A DNA stretch of 64,000 nucleotides from Saprospiraceae bacterium (GCA_020630495.1 JAHDBH010000003.1:11059-75058), one strand, 5' to 3'. Positions 1 through 9,901 are shown, numbered from the stretch's first letter. Notes: a model not told the origin generated them from the letters alone. Numbers and translations: made by a program.

Positions 1-1
1 T

Positions 2-442
2 CCCAATCTCACTCTGCGCACTACCATGCTCGTAGGACATCCTGGCGAAACCAATGAAGAGTTTGATGAGCTATGCGACTTTGTAAGCGAGGGACACTTT
101 GACCGCTTGGGAGTATTTCAGTATAGTCACGAAGAAGATACTAGCGCTCACGATATGGCTGACGATGTGCCATCAAGTCTCAAGGAGATGAGGGCTCAGA
201 CCCTTATGGAAATTCAGTCTGATATCTCGCTGAAGCACAACGAGTCTCTAGTGGGCAAGACGATGAAAGTGCTCATCGATGACCGCGTGGACGGAAAGTA
301 CCGAGGTCGTACAGAGGGTGACAGTCCAGAAGTAGATAATGAAGTCTGGATAGAGGCCGATTACCTCCGTGTGGGAGACTTCTATGACGTAGATATCCAT
401 GATGCTAGCGAGTACGATCTATTTGGCTCTGTCAAATTGTAA
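2..442 (+). CDS. rimO: Ribosomal protein S12 methylthiotransferase RimO, C-terminal part (5' end lies outside the window)
   Basis: The frame is open from nt 2 (PNLTLRTTMLVGHPGETNEEF). It shows the end of a radical-SAM core followed by a TRAM-like C-terminus (GKTMKVLID..YRGRTEGDSPEVDNEVWI). Confidence 0.8.
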   Translation, partial: PNLTLRTTMLVGHPGETNEEFDELCDFVSEGHFDRLGVFQYSHEEDTSAHDMADDVPSSLKEMRAQTLMEIQSDISLKHNESLVGKTMKVLIDDRVDGKYRGRTEGDSPEVDNEVWIEADYLRVGDFYDVDIHDASEYDLFGSVKL

Positions 443-483
443 ATCCGACCTCAACTTTACTACAGTCTAGTAGTTTCTCCTAC

Positions 484-957
484 GTGATAAAGCCCAAAGC
501 TACCTCCCGCGATGCGACTAGACAGCCTTCCCTACTTTCTGCGAGCATAGATCCTCTCTACCTAGCACTTGCATGCCTGGTGGCCGCGTGCGTCATCATG
601 CTCATATCATACGGTGGGCTGAGCAAGTCAGAAGCTCCTGACAAGGGAAAGATTTATCTGGTGTCGGCTTCGTTTGTACTCATTTATGTAATCTTTAACA
701 GCATACTGAGCTATGGAATTGACAATATGGCGAAGTATCTGCCCCGTTCTATCATTGGCTTTGTAGGACTTGTCGTCATCAGCTCCGTAGTGGCGCAGTT
801 GCTATCAGGCATACCGATAGATGAGGCGGGAACCTACAAGTGGTTATATATCGTATTTAGCATGTGCTATATCATCTTCTTGGTGATCGTGCGCACCATG
901 AGAAAGATCATTGATCTCGCTCAGGAACAAGATAAAAACTTGAGAAATGAACAATAA
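484..957 (+). CDS. Hypothetical multi-pass membrane protein
   Basis: 157-aa ORF with a GTG start and about four hydrophobic segments. Its end overlaps the msrB start by 11 nt. No family recognised. Confidence 0.45.
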   Translation: MIKPKATSRDATRQPSLLSASIDPLYLALACLVAACVIMLISYGGLSKSEAPDKGKIYLVSASFVLIYVIFNSILSYGIDNMAKYLPRSIIGFVGLVVISSVVAQLLSGIPIDEAGTYKWLYIVFSMCYIIFLVIVRTMRKIIDLAQEQDKNLRNEQ

Positions 958-1474
958 AGAAATACGTCATCTATTGCGTCTAGGCACTATGCTCTTGGCT
1001 ATCTGTACACTGAGTGCTGCCTCTTGTCAGTCTCCTAGTCAGAGCACAGAGCCAAGTGGTCAAGAAAGTGGAATAGACAAAGTGACTAAGACTGATGCAG
1101 AGTGGAAATCCCAGCTATCAGAAAAAGAATACTACGTTCTCCGAGAGGCTGGTACGGAGCGAGCCTTTACAGGCAAATACTGGGATCACAAGAAGCAAGG
1201 CACCTATATATGTAAAGCGTGTCAGCTGCCACTATTTGCTTCTGATACCAAGTATAAATCTGGAACTGGATGGCCAAGCTTCTATGAGCCTATAGTAGAG
1301 GCCAATGTAGAGGAAGATGTAGACTACAAGATAGGCTACAAAAGAACTGAGGTGCACTGCGCTAGATGCGATGGACATCTAGGTCACGTCTTCTCTGATG
1401 GACCTGAGCCTACTGGACTGAGATACTGTATCAATAGTGTGAGCCTGGACTTCACACCAGCTTCGGAGAAATAA
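947..1474 (+). CDS. msrB: Peptide-methionine (R)-S-oxide reductase MsrB with an N-terminal signal/lipobox
   Basis: Complete SelR domain: GTGWPSF, Zn pairs CKAC and CARC, catalytic RYCINS. The N-terminus LLAICTLSAASC looks like a lipoprotein signal. Confidence 0.9.
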   Translation: MNNKEIRHLLRLGTMLLAICTLSAASCQSPSQSTEPSGQESGIDKVTKTDAEWKSQLSEKEYYVLREAGTERAFTGKYWDHKKQGTYICKACQLPLFASDTKYKSGTGWPSFYEPIVEANVEEDVDYKIGYKRTEVHCARCDGHLGHVFSDGPEPTGLRYCINSVSLDFTPASEK

Positions 1475-1475
1475 G

Positions 1476-2912
1476 ATGAACGATTTACCACTTATGAGAA
1501 ATTGGTTATTTACCATAGCAATACTTTGGCTTGCGACTGTGTCTGGATGGTCGCAGGGTTATCAGATTGATGTAGAGCTCAGAGATACTGTGTTGTCTGA
1601 GATATACTTAGGATATCACTATGCGGACAAGCAGTATATCCTAGACACTGCCAAGCATATAGGAGATGGTCACTATCAATTTACAGGTGCCGAGGAGCGC
1701 AAACCTGGCGTGTACTTGCTGGTGTTTCCACCAAATAATCTCTACCTAGAAGTCCTACTGGATGAAGGGGAGCAGAAAATTAAATTTTCGACGGAGACGT
1801 CCGATCTGAGCACGCAGATTGATGTAAAGACAAAGGGTCAGACTAGAGCATTCTATGAGTACATCGCATTTTTGCGAAAGCAGAAAAAAAAAGCGGCAGA
1901 GCTGTCAGCTACGCAAAATAATTCTCAAGATAGCCTTGCGAAAGCTCAGGCTGTCGCAGCTCAGAAGAATCTAGATGATGAAGTAAGCGCCTATCAAGAG
2001 AAACTGCTTGAAGACTATGAGGGTTCCATGCTGGATCTAGTGATTAGTTCTGGATTACAGGTGCAGATGCCAGAGTTTGCAGGTCTATCAGGGAATCAGA
2101 AGCGACAAGCACAGTATAGGTACTACAAGGAGCATTATTGGGATCACGTGGATCTCTCTGACGACAGACTCATACGTACACCTTTCATCCAGAGTAAAGT
2201 GGATGCTTACATGAGCAATCTCACCCCACAGGTGCCTGATAGTATCGCGGCCTCTCTAGATTATCTTTTCAGCAGGATGGATCCTGATGGCGACCTCTAC
2301 CGGCACTATATGGTGAAGTATGTCAATGAATATAGCGCGAGTAAAGTGGTGGGAATGGATGCAGTGTTTGTACATCTAGCGGAGAATTATTACCGTACAG
2401 GAAAAGCTCACTGGACGCCTGAGGAAAATCTATCCAAAATCCTCAAGCGATCCTCCACACTTCAGCCTATACTTCTTGGTAAGACGGCACCTGACTTTAC
2501 GTTTGTGCAGCCAGGTGATTCTACGCATACACTCTATGAGGTAGAAAGTCCGTACACGATCTTGATCTTTTGGGATCCTGACTGCGGTGTATGTAAGAAA
2601 GCCATGCCCGAGGCCGTCGCTTTTGGAAAGAAGTATAGGGACTATGGTGTGCAGATCGTAGGTATCTGTACTAAGCGCAAGAAGGACGTGGAAGACTGCT
2701 GGTCAGACATAGCCGAGAAAGGCCTAGACAACTGGATCGTGGGATACGATCCCCGCGGACTCTATAAGCCTCTATATGATGTCACGGCCACTCCCATGAT
2801 ATACGTTCTAGATGAAGACAAAGTCATACTGTCTAAGCGCATTGCTGCTAGTCAGCTAGAGGAAGTCATGGATATCTTTTTGGACGAAAGTCCCAATGAC
2901 ATGCAGAGGTAG
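1476..2912 (+). CDS. Secreted TlpA-like thioredoxin-fold protein (DUF5106-type N-domain plus AhpC/TSA-like C-domain)
   Basis: Signal-like N-terminus and a C-terminal thioredoxin fold with FWDPDCGVCKK (CxxC). It starts 1 nt after the msrB stop. A paralogue lies at 40243-41706. Confidence 0.75.
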   Translation: MNDLPLMRNWLFTIAILWLATVSGWSQGYQIDVELRDTVLSEIYLGYHYADKQYILDTAKHIGDGHYQFTGAEERKPGVYLLVFPPNNLYLEVLLDEGEQKIKFSTETSDLSTQIDVKTKGQTRAFYEYIAFLRKQKKKAAELSATQNNSQDSLAKAQAVAAQKNLDDEVSAYQEKLLEDYEGSMLDLVISSGLQVQMPEFAGLSGNQKRQAQYRYYKEHYWDHVDLSDDRLIRTPFIQSKVDAYMSNLTPQVPDSIAASLDYLFSRMDPDGDLYRHYMVKYVNEYSASKVVGMDAVFVHLAENYYRTGKAHWTPEENLSKILKRSSTLQPILLGKTAPDFTFVQPGDSTHTLYEVESPYTILIFWDPDCGVCKKAMPEAVAFGKKYRDYGVQIVGICTKRKKDVEDCWSDIAEKGLDNWIVGYDPRGLYKPLYDVTATPMIYVLDEDKVILSKRIAASQLEEVMDIFLDESPNDMQR

Positions 2913-2921
2913 CAAGTACCT

Positions 2922-5438
2922 TTGCCTCTCGCTAACAGTAACCATCGCCTTATCTTGAAATATACGCAGACCTTTACAGGGATTATACTTGTAATTCTAC
3001 TGATCACATCGTGCAGTCATGAGGACGAGGGTCGACCTGGCGCTCCTCAGCTAGACAGCTATATGTGGGCTCAGAGAAGCTATCCACACGGCAACATAGA
3101 TCATGAGGCCCTCGCGCATGCCCGTACCTCTCGGCTCACTCAGGTACCTTTCCGTCTGGCTGGCTATGATGAGGTATGGCAATCTGAGGGACCTACCAAT
3201 GTGGAAGGTCGTATCACAGATATAGAGATCCCTGGAGAGAGCCGACGCATCGTCTACGCTGGCAGTGCCAGTGGTGGTCTATGGAGAAGTGACGACACTG
3301 GAGTCAATTGGAGGCCCTTGTTTGATGATCAGCCGACTCTGGCAATCGGAGATTTTGATATATCTGACAGTAGTCCAGAGATCCTCTATGTAGGGACAGG
3401 TGAAGCCAACGGCGGCGGAGGTTCGCTTGCCTATGACGGTCAAGGCGTATACAAATCGACGGATGGTGGACGCACCTGGAACTCCGTAGGGCTGAGTAAT
3501 GTGGGTAGCATAGGTAGATTGATGATTCACCCCACTGATCCAGATATCGTCTATGTGGCGGCTATGGGAAGACTCTTTGACACTGGACCTCACAGAGGGG
3601 TGTACAAGACTACAGATGGAGGTGCGACTTGGGAAAAGGTTCTCTATGTCAATGATAGGACTGGTGTCATAGATCTCGTATTTCATCCAGAAAATCCTGA
3701 GGTAATCCTAGCTGCGGCCTGGCAGCGTACCCGCACCCCCAATCGATTGATCTATGGGGGTTCCGCTAGCAACATCTATCGATCTACGGACGGTGGAGAT
3801 ACCTGGGATATCATCACAGGAGCTCTGCCTAGCAGTGCTGCAGACAAAGGCAGGATAGCTCTAGCTGTAGCTCCGTCCGATCCTACTAGGTTCTACGCTC
3901 TCTACGCTAGGTCAGATGGATCTCTAGGATCATACTTGGAGAGTTATGATAGCGGTAATACTTGGGATGAGTTCTCTACAGCAGGCATTGTGGATGTGCC
4001 TTTCATGTGGTGGTTTGGAAAGCTAGAAGTAGATCCACTGGATCCAGATCTAGTCTACTATCTTGGCTTCGAATCTTATGAGCGACTCAGTACAGCTGGT
4101 GGCTGGAACAGGATATTTTCTGGAGTACACGTAGATCAACATGCTATGGCTATCCATCCTACAGTGAATAGCCTGATCTATCTAGGAAATGATGGTGGGA
4201 TGCATACAAGTAACAATCGCGGTCGAGGCTATACCAAGTCTCAAAGGATGCCCAATATACAATTCTATACCTGCGAGATAGATCCCCATAATAGTGAACG
4301 CTTCTACGGGGGCTCTCAAGACAACGGGACTCTCACTACACCTACTGGTGCTGAAGACGACTGGATACAGATCTCTGGCGGCGATGGGATGACAGTAAGA
4401 GTAGATCCTCTCAATCCCAACATAGTGTACACCATGTCACAGAATGGATTTATCCAGCGCAGTCTCGATGGTGGGAATAATTTCACTAGCATCCGTGCAG
4501 GACTCGGCGGGGTATTTAATTGGAATTCTCCGCTAGAATTATCACCTCACAATAGTGCTGATCTATTCCTAGGAGGAGATGTATTATACAGAAGTAATCT
4601 CGGAGAATTTTGGTCAGTCATCAGTCCCCCTATGAGCAATGGCCCCTATGCTGGCAATAGGACTTTCGGTACGATAACCACCATAGATATCAGTCCTATC
4701 AATGATCGACTCATACTTACAGGTACGGATGATGGAAATGTGTGGATCAGCCTGGATGATGGCTCCACATGGGACGAGATCAGCCGTGATCTTCCAGAAA
4801 GATGGGTCACGGCTGTAGTGGCTGATCCACTGGATGCCGAGCAGATCTATGTCTCATACAGCGGATATCGCTTTGGTGAGGACGTAGGGCACATCTTCAG
4901 ATCTGTGAGCTATGGTACAGAGTGGGAAGATATTACCTACGATCTGCCAGAAGTGCCTGTCAATGATCTCATAGTGCATCCTACGCGAGGGGAACTCTAC
5001 GCTGCTACTGATATCGGTGTCTACTACCTTTTGCCCGAGTCTCAGGAGTGGAGGCTTCTAGGTATCGGTATGCCTGTGGTACCTGTCACCGATATGGACT
5101 TTGATGTGGAAGAAGACTTGCTGCTTGCAGCCACATATGGTCGCTCGATGTACAGCTATCGATTTGATTTCTCTACTTCTCAGCGAGACCTAGCTAAGCC
5201 CGAGGCGCTTATTGTCTATCCTGTGCCGGCGCGGGGTGGAGAAAAGCTAACCATAGAGGCACCAGAGACGATTACTTCTCTCGAACTTGTATCTCTGACA
5301 GGTTCTGTAACTACTCTGCCCTGTGATGGTACCTTATCCTCCGCTCAGATACAATTGCCAGCAATGCCTACGGGTAACTATGTCATCCGGTGCCTCACTG
5401 CTGGTGGATGGCTCAGCGAGATGATTACCATAGAGTAG
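2922..5438 (+). CDS. BNR/sortilin-VPS10-like beta-propeller repeat protein with a T9SS C-terminal sorting domain
   Basis: Repeated S/T-x-D-x-G-x-T-W motifs (SDDTGVNW, STDGGRTW, TTDGGATW, STDGGDTW, LDDGSTW). Lipobox LITSC. The C-terminal roughly 80 aa (LIVYPVPARGGEKLTIE...) resembles a Por secretion tail. Confidence 0.7.
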   Translation: MPLANSNHRLILKYTQTFTGIILVILLITSCSHEDEGRPGAPQLDSYMWAQRSYPHGNIDHEALAHARTSRLTQVPFRLAGYDEVWQSEGPTNVEGRITDIEIPGESRRIVYAGSASGGLWRSDDTGVNWRPLFDDQPTLAIGDFDISDSSPEILYVGTGEANGGGGSLAYDGQGVYKSTDGGRTWNSVGLSNVGSIGRLMIHPTDPDIVYVAAMGRLFDTGPHRGVYKTTDGGATWEKVLYVNDRTGVIDLVFHPENPEVILAAAWQRTRTPNRLIYGGSASNIYRSTDGGDTWDIITGALPSSAADKGRIALAVAPSDPTRFYALYARSDGSLGSYLESYDSGNTWDEFSTAGIVDVPFMWWFGKLEVDPLDPDLVYYLGFESYERLSTAGGWNRIFSGVHVDQHAMAIHPTVNSLIYLGNDGGMHTSNNRGRGYTKSQRMPNIQFYTCEIDPHNSERFYGGSQDNGTLTTPTGAEDDWIQISGGDGMTVRVDPLNPNIVYTMSQNGFIQRSLDGGNNFTSIRAGLGGVFNWNSPLELSPHNSADLFLGGDVLYRSNLGEFWSVISPPMSNGPYAGNRTFGTITTIDISPINDRLILTGTDDGNVWISLDDGSTWDEISRDLPERWVTAVVADPLDAEQIYVSYSGYRFGEDVGHIFRSVSYGTEWEDITYDLPEVPVNDLIVHPTRGELYAATDIGVYYLLPESQEWRLLGIGMPVVPVTDMDFDVEEDLLLAATYGRSMYSYRFDFSTSQRDLAKPEALIVYPVPARGGEKLTIEAPETITSLELVSLTGSVTTLPCDGTLSSAQIQLPAMPTGNYVIRCLTAGGWLSEMITIE

Positions 5439-5821
5439 GGGGCAGATATCCAGTTAGTATACGATCCATTGCAAAGATTGACGCTAGGAAGCTGTTTGTC
5501 CATTGCAGTTGGCACCGCACAGGGACTATGAGCTGCGTACACGATTTACATGTGCGTGGCTGATAGTCGAGCACTGATGAGCTGTCGACGATTATACGGA
5601 AGGAATGGAGAGCTGAAGAGGGATCGAATTAGCATATGCCTATCGTCTGGGACATGTGGCCATTACATTGCTCATGCAGCTGGGCAAAATCAGAAAGCCA
5701 CAAGCATTGCCTTGATTTACAATGCATGCGCATGGTGATACAGCATGATCTTGAGATCTATGTTCCGCCTTCTACCAGGCATTTATCGTATAGAGTATTG
5801 CACGGTAAAGGAAAGAAAAAA

Positions 5822-5854
5822 GGCCAGCAGATTTAATTCTGCTGGCCTTTTGTT
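5822..5854. terminator. Bidirectional rho-independent terminator between convergent genes
   Basis: A 9-bp perfect stem ggccagcag / ctgctggcc with an 8-nt loop. It is flanked by an A-run upstream and ttttgtt downstream, so it gives a T-tail on both strands. It lies 24 nt past the stop of the minus-strand adhesin gene. Confidence 0.65.
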
Positions 5855-5877
5855 CAAAACGATAAATATCGAAATAC

Positions 5878-8800
5878 CTACTGTATGATCAGCTTTTGCA
5901 TTGATTGCCCAGACGCATCAACTATGAAGTAGATTCCAGCTCTGAGATCTGATATATCCACTCTTTGCATAGTAGAGGTAATGCTTACCGTGCGCACAGG
6001 CTTGCCATGAGTATCCAGTATGCTTACTGCCTCTGCCGTACTAGTGATGATGAGCTCATCACTGGCAGGATTGGGGTAGACATTGACAGACGTAGAGCGT
6101 AGGGTGGAAGTCTTACCAGAACTCTGCGTATCAATATGATCCATCCTGATGATCTCAGACTGGATGAGTTCCTCTAATCCAGAACGCTCGCTTTCCTTGG
6201 TACCAGACTGCAGCTCTACGATTGATGCAGCAGTTACATCTGTAGATCGCAGACCATGTGGCTTGATATCAAAGCAGTAATCTTCCACTTCTCCATACTT
6301 GAACGTAGCACATGGGTCTCCAGGATAGGATCCATACTTCATACTGATGCGTACGTTTTTCTTACCGAGGGGTGCGTGTGTAGGGATAGTGAAGTCGCCC
6401 CACAGGCCTGAGGAGCTAGATCCATATGCTACAAATTCTTTGCTGTCATCATAGTCACCGTCATCGTTCCAGTCAATCCAGATATTCCAGTAGACGGTAT
6501 ATCGTGCTCCCAGGAAGCCAGGCATCAGCATCAGCTTAAATGTTTCTCCTTGCTTGAAGGCATGACAATCATCACTATAGTCAGCGTATCCTCCATCATC
6601 ACCAGTCCAACTGATGTGCTCACCAAATCTGATCTCGTCGATCCAGAGATAGGAACTGTTGTGACCATAAGATGGGCAATAACCCGTGTCTTCTGCTTCT
6701 ACATGCACGTTGAAGCTACAGGTGTCCGTGTTACCACAAGCATCCACGCCGTAGTATGTCACAGTAGTGCTTCCGATAGGGAATAGAGAGCCTTCTGCCG
6801 GTCCAGCAATCTGATAGACTCCACTGGTAGCACAAGGGAGCTCCATGATAAACTCTAGAGGCTTATCACAGTACTGATCATTCCATAGACCATTGGGCAG
6901 CATTTCGCTACAGTCTTGGCCATAGCCATAATCATTGGGCTGACCTGGATACCAGTTAGTATATCCGAGGCTCGTCCCGTCTACCCATCCAAAGCTACCC
7001 TCAGTAGTCTTGTCATGCAATCCGATCCAAGCCGCTTGCGTCTCTAAGAAGCCAGCAAGGAATTCGTTTTCGTCACTATTATCCACTACAGCAAGATGAC
7101 CACCAGCTGCAGCACAGAAGTCTTGAGCATCTGTCCATGAGGCCGCGAAGCGGCTGCAGTAGTAGGATTTTCCATCCAGAGTGCCCATGTAGATAAATCC
7201 ATCTATAGGTTCATCACAGCTCACGGCTGACTCATTACAGCAGCTCTCTAGCACAGGTTTTGGCCAGCTCGCACGCTGTCCGTACTCTGTGGATGGACAT
7301 GTAAGATATATATCATCAGGGCAGATAAGATGAGCATCCGATTCTACAGTCACTTCAAAGCTGCAGGTGAAGTAGTTTCCGCAACCATCCACGGCCTCGT
7401 AGGAGACAGTGGTAGTTCCTACCGGAAAGACACTACCACTAGCAGGGCCATCCGTCTGTGTGATCCTCGTGCCTGCGCAAGGGATCTCCATGATGTATTC
7501 TTGCGCCTTGTGGCAGTACTGATCGTTCCACTGGCCATTGTGCAATAGCTCTACACAGTCTTGTCCGTAGCCATAGTCATTGGGCTGGCCTGGGTACCAA
7601 TTGGAGTACGTGAGAGGACTTCCATCAGCCCATAGGAATTCACCTTCCGTAGTTTGATCGCTTAGTCCTATGAAGGCTGACTGATTGACTAAGAAGTCTG
7701 CCAGATGGGCATTTTCTACCTCATCATTGATGACTGCGAGATATCCACCATAGCTCTCGGCAATGGCTTGAGCATCGTTCCAAGTAGCGGCAGTCTTACT
7801 GCAGTAGTATGAGCTACCATTGAGCGTACCCATGTAGATATATCCATCGATTTCACCACTGCCACTGCCGCAGTCGATGCCGCAGTCAGTCTCCAGTGTA
7901 GGAAGGTCAAATGTGACTACAGCTCCCTTGTCACCATCACATCCTACTACGATATCATCAGGGCAGATAAGTGTGCCATTGTCAGCACCTATAACAGTCA
8001 CGGAGAAGCTACAGGTATCACGATTACCACAAGCATCTGATATGACATATTGTACCACAGTGATTCCCTCTGTGAAGCTGTCTCCAGGTCTATGTGAAGC
8101 ATCTACATATACGGATCCGCAATCGTCCGTAGCGACTGGCTCACTCCAGTGGACAGTTACGCTAGGCTCATCAGCGATGACCTCGATATCCGTAGGGCAC
8201 TCCGTAATGACTGGAGCTACTTTATCTGATAGAATAATGATCTGCTCGCAGATATCACGAGCATCAGAAGCTTCAGGATTAGTTGCTACCCAGGTCCGTA
8301 TGAGCTTGATCGCACCAGGACACGGACCAGTACTCAGGATTCTATCCGTGTAGCTTATGTGTGGCTCTGGACAGCTAGGGTCATTTACCGTTGCAGTCGC
8401 GATGCCACTCTCGAGTGGATCTGTAGAAGATCCTGGGCAATTAGCATAGTCTGCCGGACAGTGGATGATAGGAGCGTCTATACAGCAGTCGCCTGTGACG
8501 GTAACCGTAAAGCTATTAGTGCTCACATTTCCACATGCATCAGTAGCAGTATATGTCACTTCAGTATCTCCCTGTGGAAACTGGTCACCCGGCTCGTGAG
8601 TGCTGGTGAATTCAGTCACTCCACATTCGTCCGTAGCTGAAGGTTCATCCCAGAAAGCTATAGCCTCACAGTCAGAACTCATGGATATGGTGATATCAGC
8701 CGGACAATCTGCGATATGAGGTGGCGTGTTGTCCTTGAGGTCGATGATCTGATTGCAAGACTCATGGATGGATGGATCGTCTGGATGCTCCGCTCTCCAA

Positions 8801-9609
8801 CTTCTCCATATCTTGATAGCCCCAGGGCATGGGCCTTCGCTTAGTATAGTCTCACTGTAAGTGATGATAGGCTCTGGACAGTTGGGATCATCAAAGCTTG
8901 CTGTAGCAGTACCTGTAGCTGATGGATCAGTGTCTTCACCAGGGCAGCTGTGTACATGATCCGGACAGTCAATGGTGAGACCTGCTCCCGTGCAGCAGCT
9001 TCCTATCACAGTGACTGTGAAGCTGCAAGTCGCCTCATTGCCACATGCATCTGTCGCAGTGTAAGTGACTACGGTGGTTCCTTCTGGAAAGGCATCGCCA
9101 CTATCATGAGAGCTTACTAGTGAGACCAGTTCGCAATTGTCTGAGGCGATGGGTTCGTCCCATGTAGCGACTGCATCACAGTCCGCACTGAGGTCCAGGA
9201 CAATAGGTGCAGGACACTCTATGATCTGGGGATCTTCTAGATCTTTTAGCTTGATGAGCTGCGTGCACTCAGCGTGCAGCCATGGTTCAGAATTGTCTGG
9301 ATATTCGGCCTTCCAAGTACGATGGATCTCGATAGCTCCTGCGCAAGGTCCCGTAGAGACTATTTCATCCGTATAGGATATGATAGGGTCCTCGCAGTCC
9401 GCATCTCCAGGAGTTGCTGTGGCATAGCCCGTGACGGAGGGATCTGTAGAGCCACCTGGACATGTGATCCAGTTGCTAGGACAGACGATGACAGGTGCTG
9501 TATTACACGAGACACAGTCTGAGTGATTGCTGGCGCTCAGAGTGTGACTCATAAGCAGCGAAAAGATGCACATAGCGAGCATCTTCATGAAGGGTACATG
9601 TGTTTTCAT
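5878..9609 (-). CDS. Giant secreted T9SS adhesin-like protein: Cys-rich/HYR modules, two C-type lectin domains, a GEVED domain and a T9SS sorting tail
   Basis: Signal peptide. Three repeats of a Cys-rich unit end in HYR-like TYTATDACGN..SFTVTV. Two CTLD-like blocks carry WIGL..TEG.F.W.DG....Y.NW.PGQPND....QDC......G.WNDQ.C. KYGEVEDYC marks a GEVED motif. The tail VNVYPNPASDELII is T9SS-like. Confidence 0.8.
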   Translation of the reverse strand: MKTHVPFMKMLAMCIFSLLMSHTLSASNHSDCVSCNTAPVIVCPSNWITCPGGSTDPSVTGYATATPGDADCEDPIISYTDEIVSTGPCAGAIEIHRTWKAEYPDNSEPWLHAECTQLIKLKDLEDPQIIECPAPIVLDLSADCDAVATWDEPIASDNCELVSLVSSHDSGDAFPEGTTVVTYTATDACGNEATCSFTVTVIGSCCTGAGLTIDCPDHVHSCPGEDTDPSATGTATASFDDPNCPEPIITYSETILSEGPCPGAIKIWRSWRAEHPDDPSIHESCNQIIDLKDNTPPHIADCPADITISMSSDCEAIAFWDEPSATDECGVTEFTSTHEPGDQFPQGDTEVTYTATDACGNVSTNSFTVTVTGDCCIDAPIIHCPADYANCPGSSTDPLESGIATATVNDPSCPEPHISYTDRILSTGPCPGAIKLIRTWVATNPEASDARDICEQIIILSDKVAPVITECPTDIEVIADEPSVTVHWSEPVATDDCGSVYVDASHRPGDSFTEGITVVQYVISDACGNRDTCSFSVTVIGADNGTLICPDDIVVGCDGDKGAVVTFDLPTLETDCGIDCGSGSGEIDGYIYMGTLNGSSYYCSKTAATWNDAQAIAESYGGYLAVINDEVENAHLADFLVNQSAFIGLSDQTTEGEFLWADGSPLTYSNWYPGQPNDYGYGQDCVELLHNGQWNDQYCHKAQEYIMEIPCAGTRITQTDGPASGSVFPVGTTTVSYEAVDGCGNYFTCSFEVTVESDAHLICPDDIYLTCPSTEYGQRASWPKPVLESCCNESAVSCDEPIDGFIYMGTLDGKSYYCSRFAASWTDAQDFCAAAGGHLAVVDNSDENEFLAGFLETQAAWIGLHDKTTEGSFGWVDGTSLGYTNWYPGQPNDYGYGQDCSEMLPNGLWNDQYCDKPLEFIMELPCATSGVYQIAGPAEGSLFPIGSTTVTYYGVDACGNTDTCSFNVHVEAEDTGYCPSYGHNSSYLWIDEIRFGEHISWTGDDGGYADYSDDCHAFKQGETFKLMLMPGFLGARYTVYWNIWIDWNDDGDYDDSKEFVAYGSSSSGLWGDFTIPTHAPLGKKNVRISMKYGSYPGDPCATFKYGEVEDYCFDIKPHGLRSTDVTAASIVELQSGTKESERSGLEELIQSEIIRMDHIDTQSSGKTSTLRSTSVNVYPNPASDELIITSTAEAVSILDTHGKPVRTVSITSTMQRVDISDLRAGIYFIVDASGQSMQKLIIQ

Positions 9610-9901
9610 AGTATGGATTGATTAGTAGGAAAGTCTGGACGAGTCGTACGAGCCATGAGCCAACGAATGTGGCATCTTCTGGTAGGATAGATGTAGTGAT
9701 TGCAATCATCGTAAGATTGCCGGAGCATCGCCGACATCACTTAAGACGACTGCGAGATAGGAAAAGTCAACTTTGAGATGTTAAAGCTTTCTCAAAGAAA
9801 AAAATAGACTGTTAAGGTTTTCGACTGTACAAGATCCTTGATCCCGAGCAGATTATACATATAGAATCTCCTCAATAGAATCTTTACTCACGAGCCTAGA
9901 C

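Noticed and set aside
5550-5836. Two overlapping ORFs (62 and 66 aa) in the convergent intergenic spacer
   Set aside because: They are mutually overlapping, Cys/His-rich with random-looking composition, have no start context, and one runs through the terminator hairpin.
9627-9640. aggaaagtctggac, which resembles the RNase P RNA CR-I motif GAGGAAAGTCCGG
   Set aside because: The surrounding 290-nt intergenic region lacks the other conserved RNase P blocks (for example the ACAGAA-type CR-IV/V segments) and is too short. It is probably a coincidence.
6550-9709. Plus-strand ORFs of 72-158 aa and two short minus-strand out-of-frame ORFs (7716-7910, 9503-9709) overlapping the giant adhesin gene
   Set aside because: All are nested within or overlap a strongly supported 1243-aa coding frame with clear domain structure. 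Their translations show no motifs.
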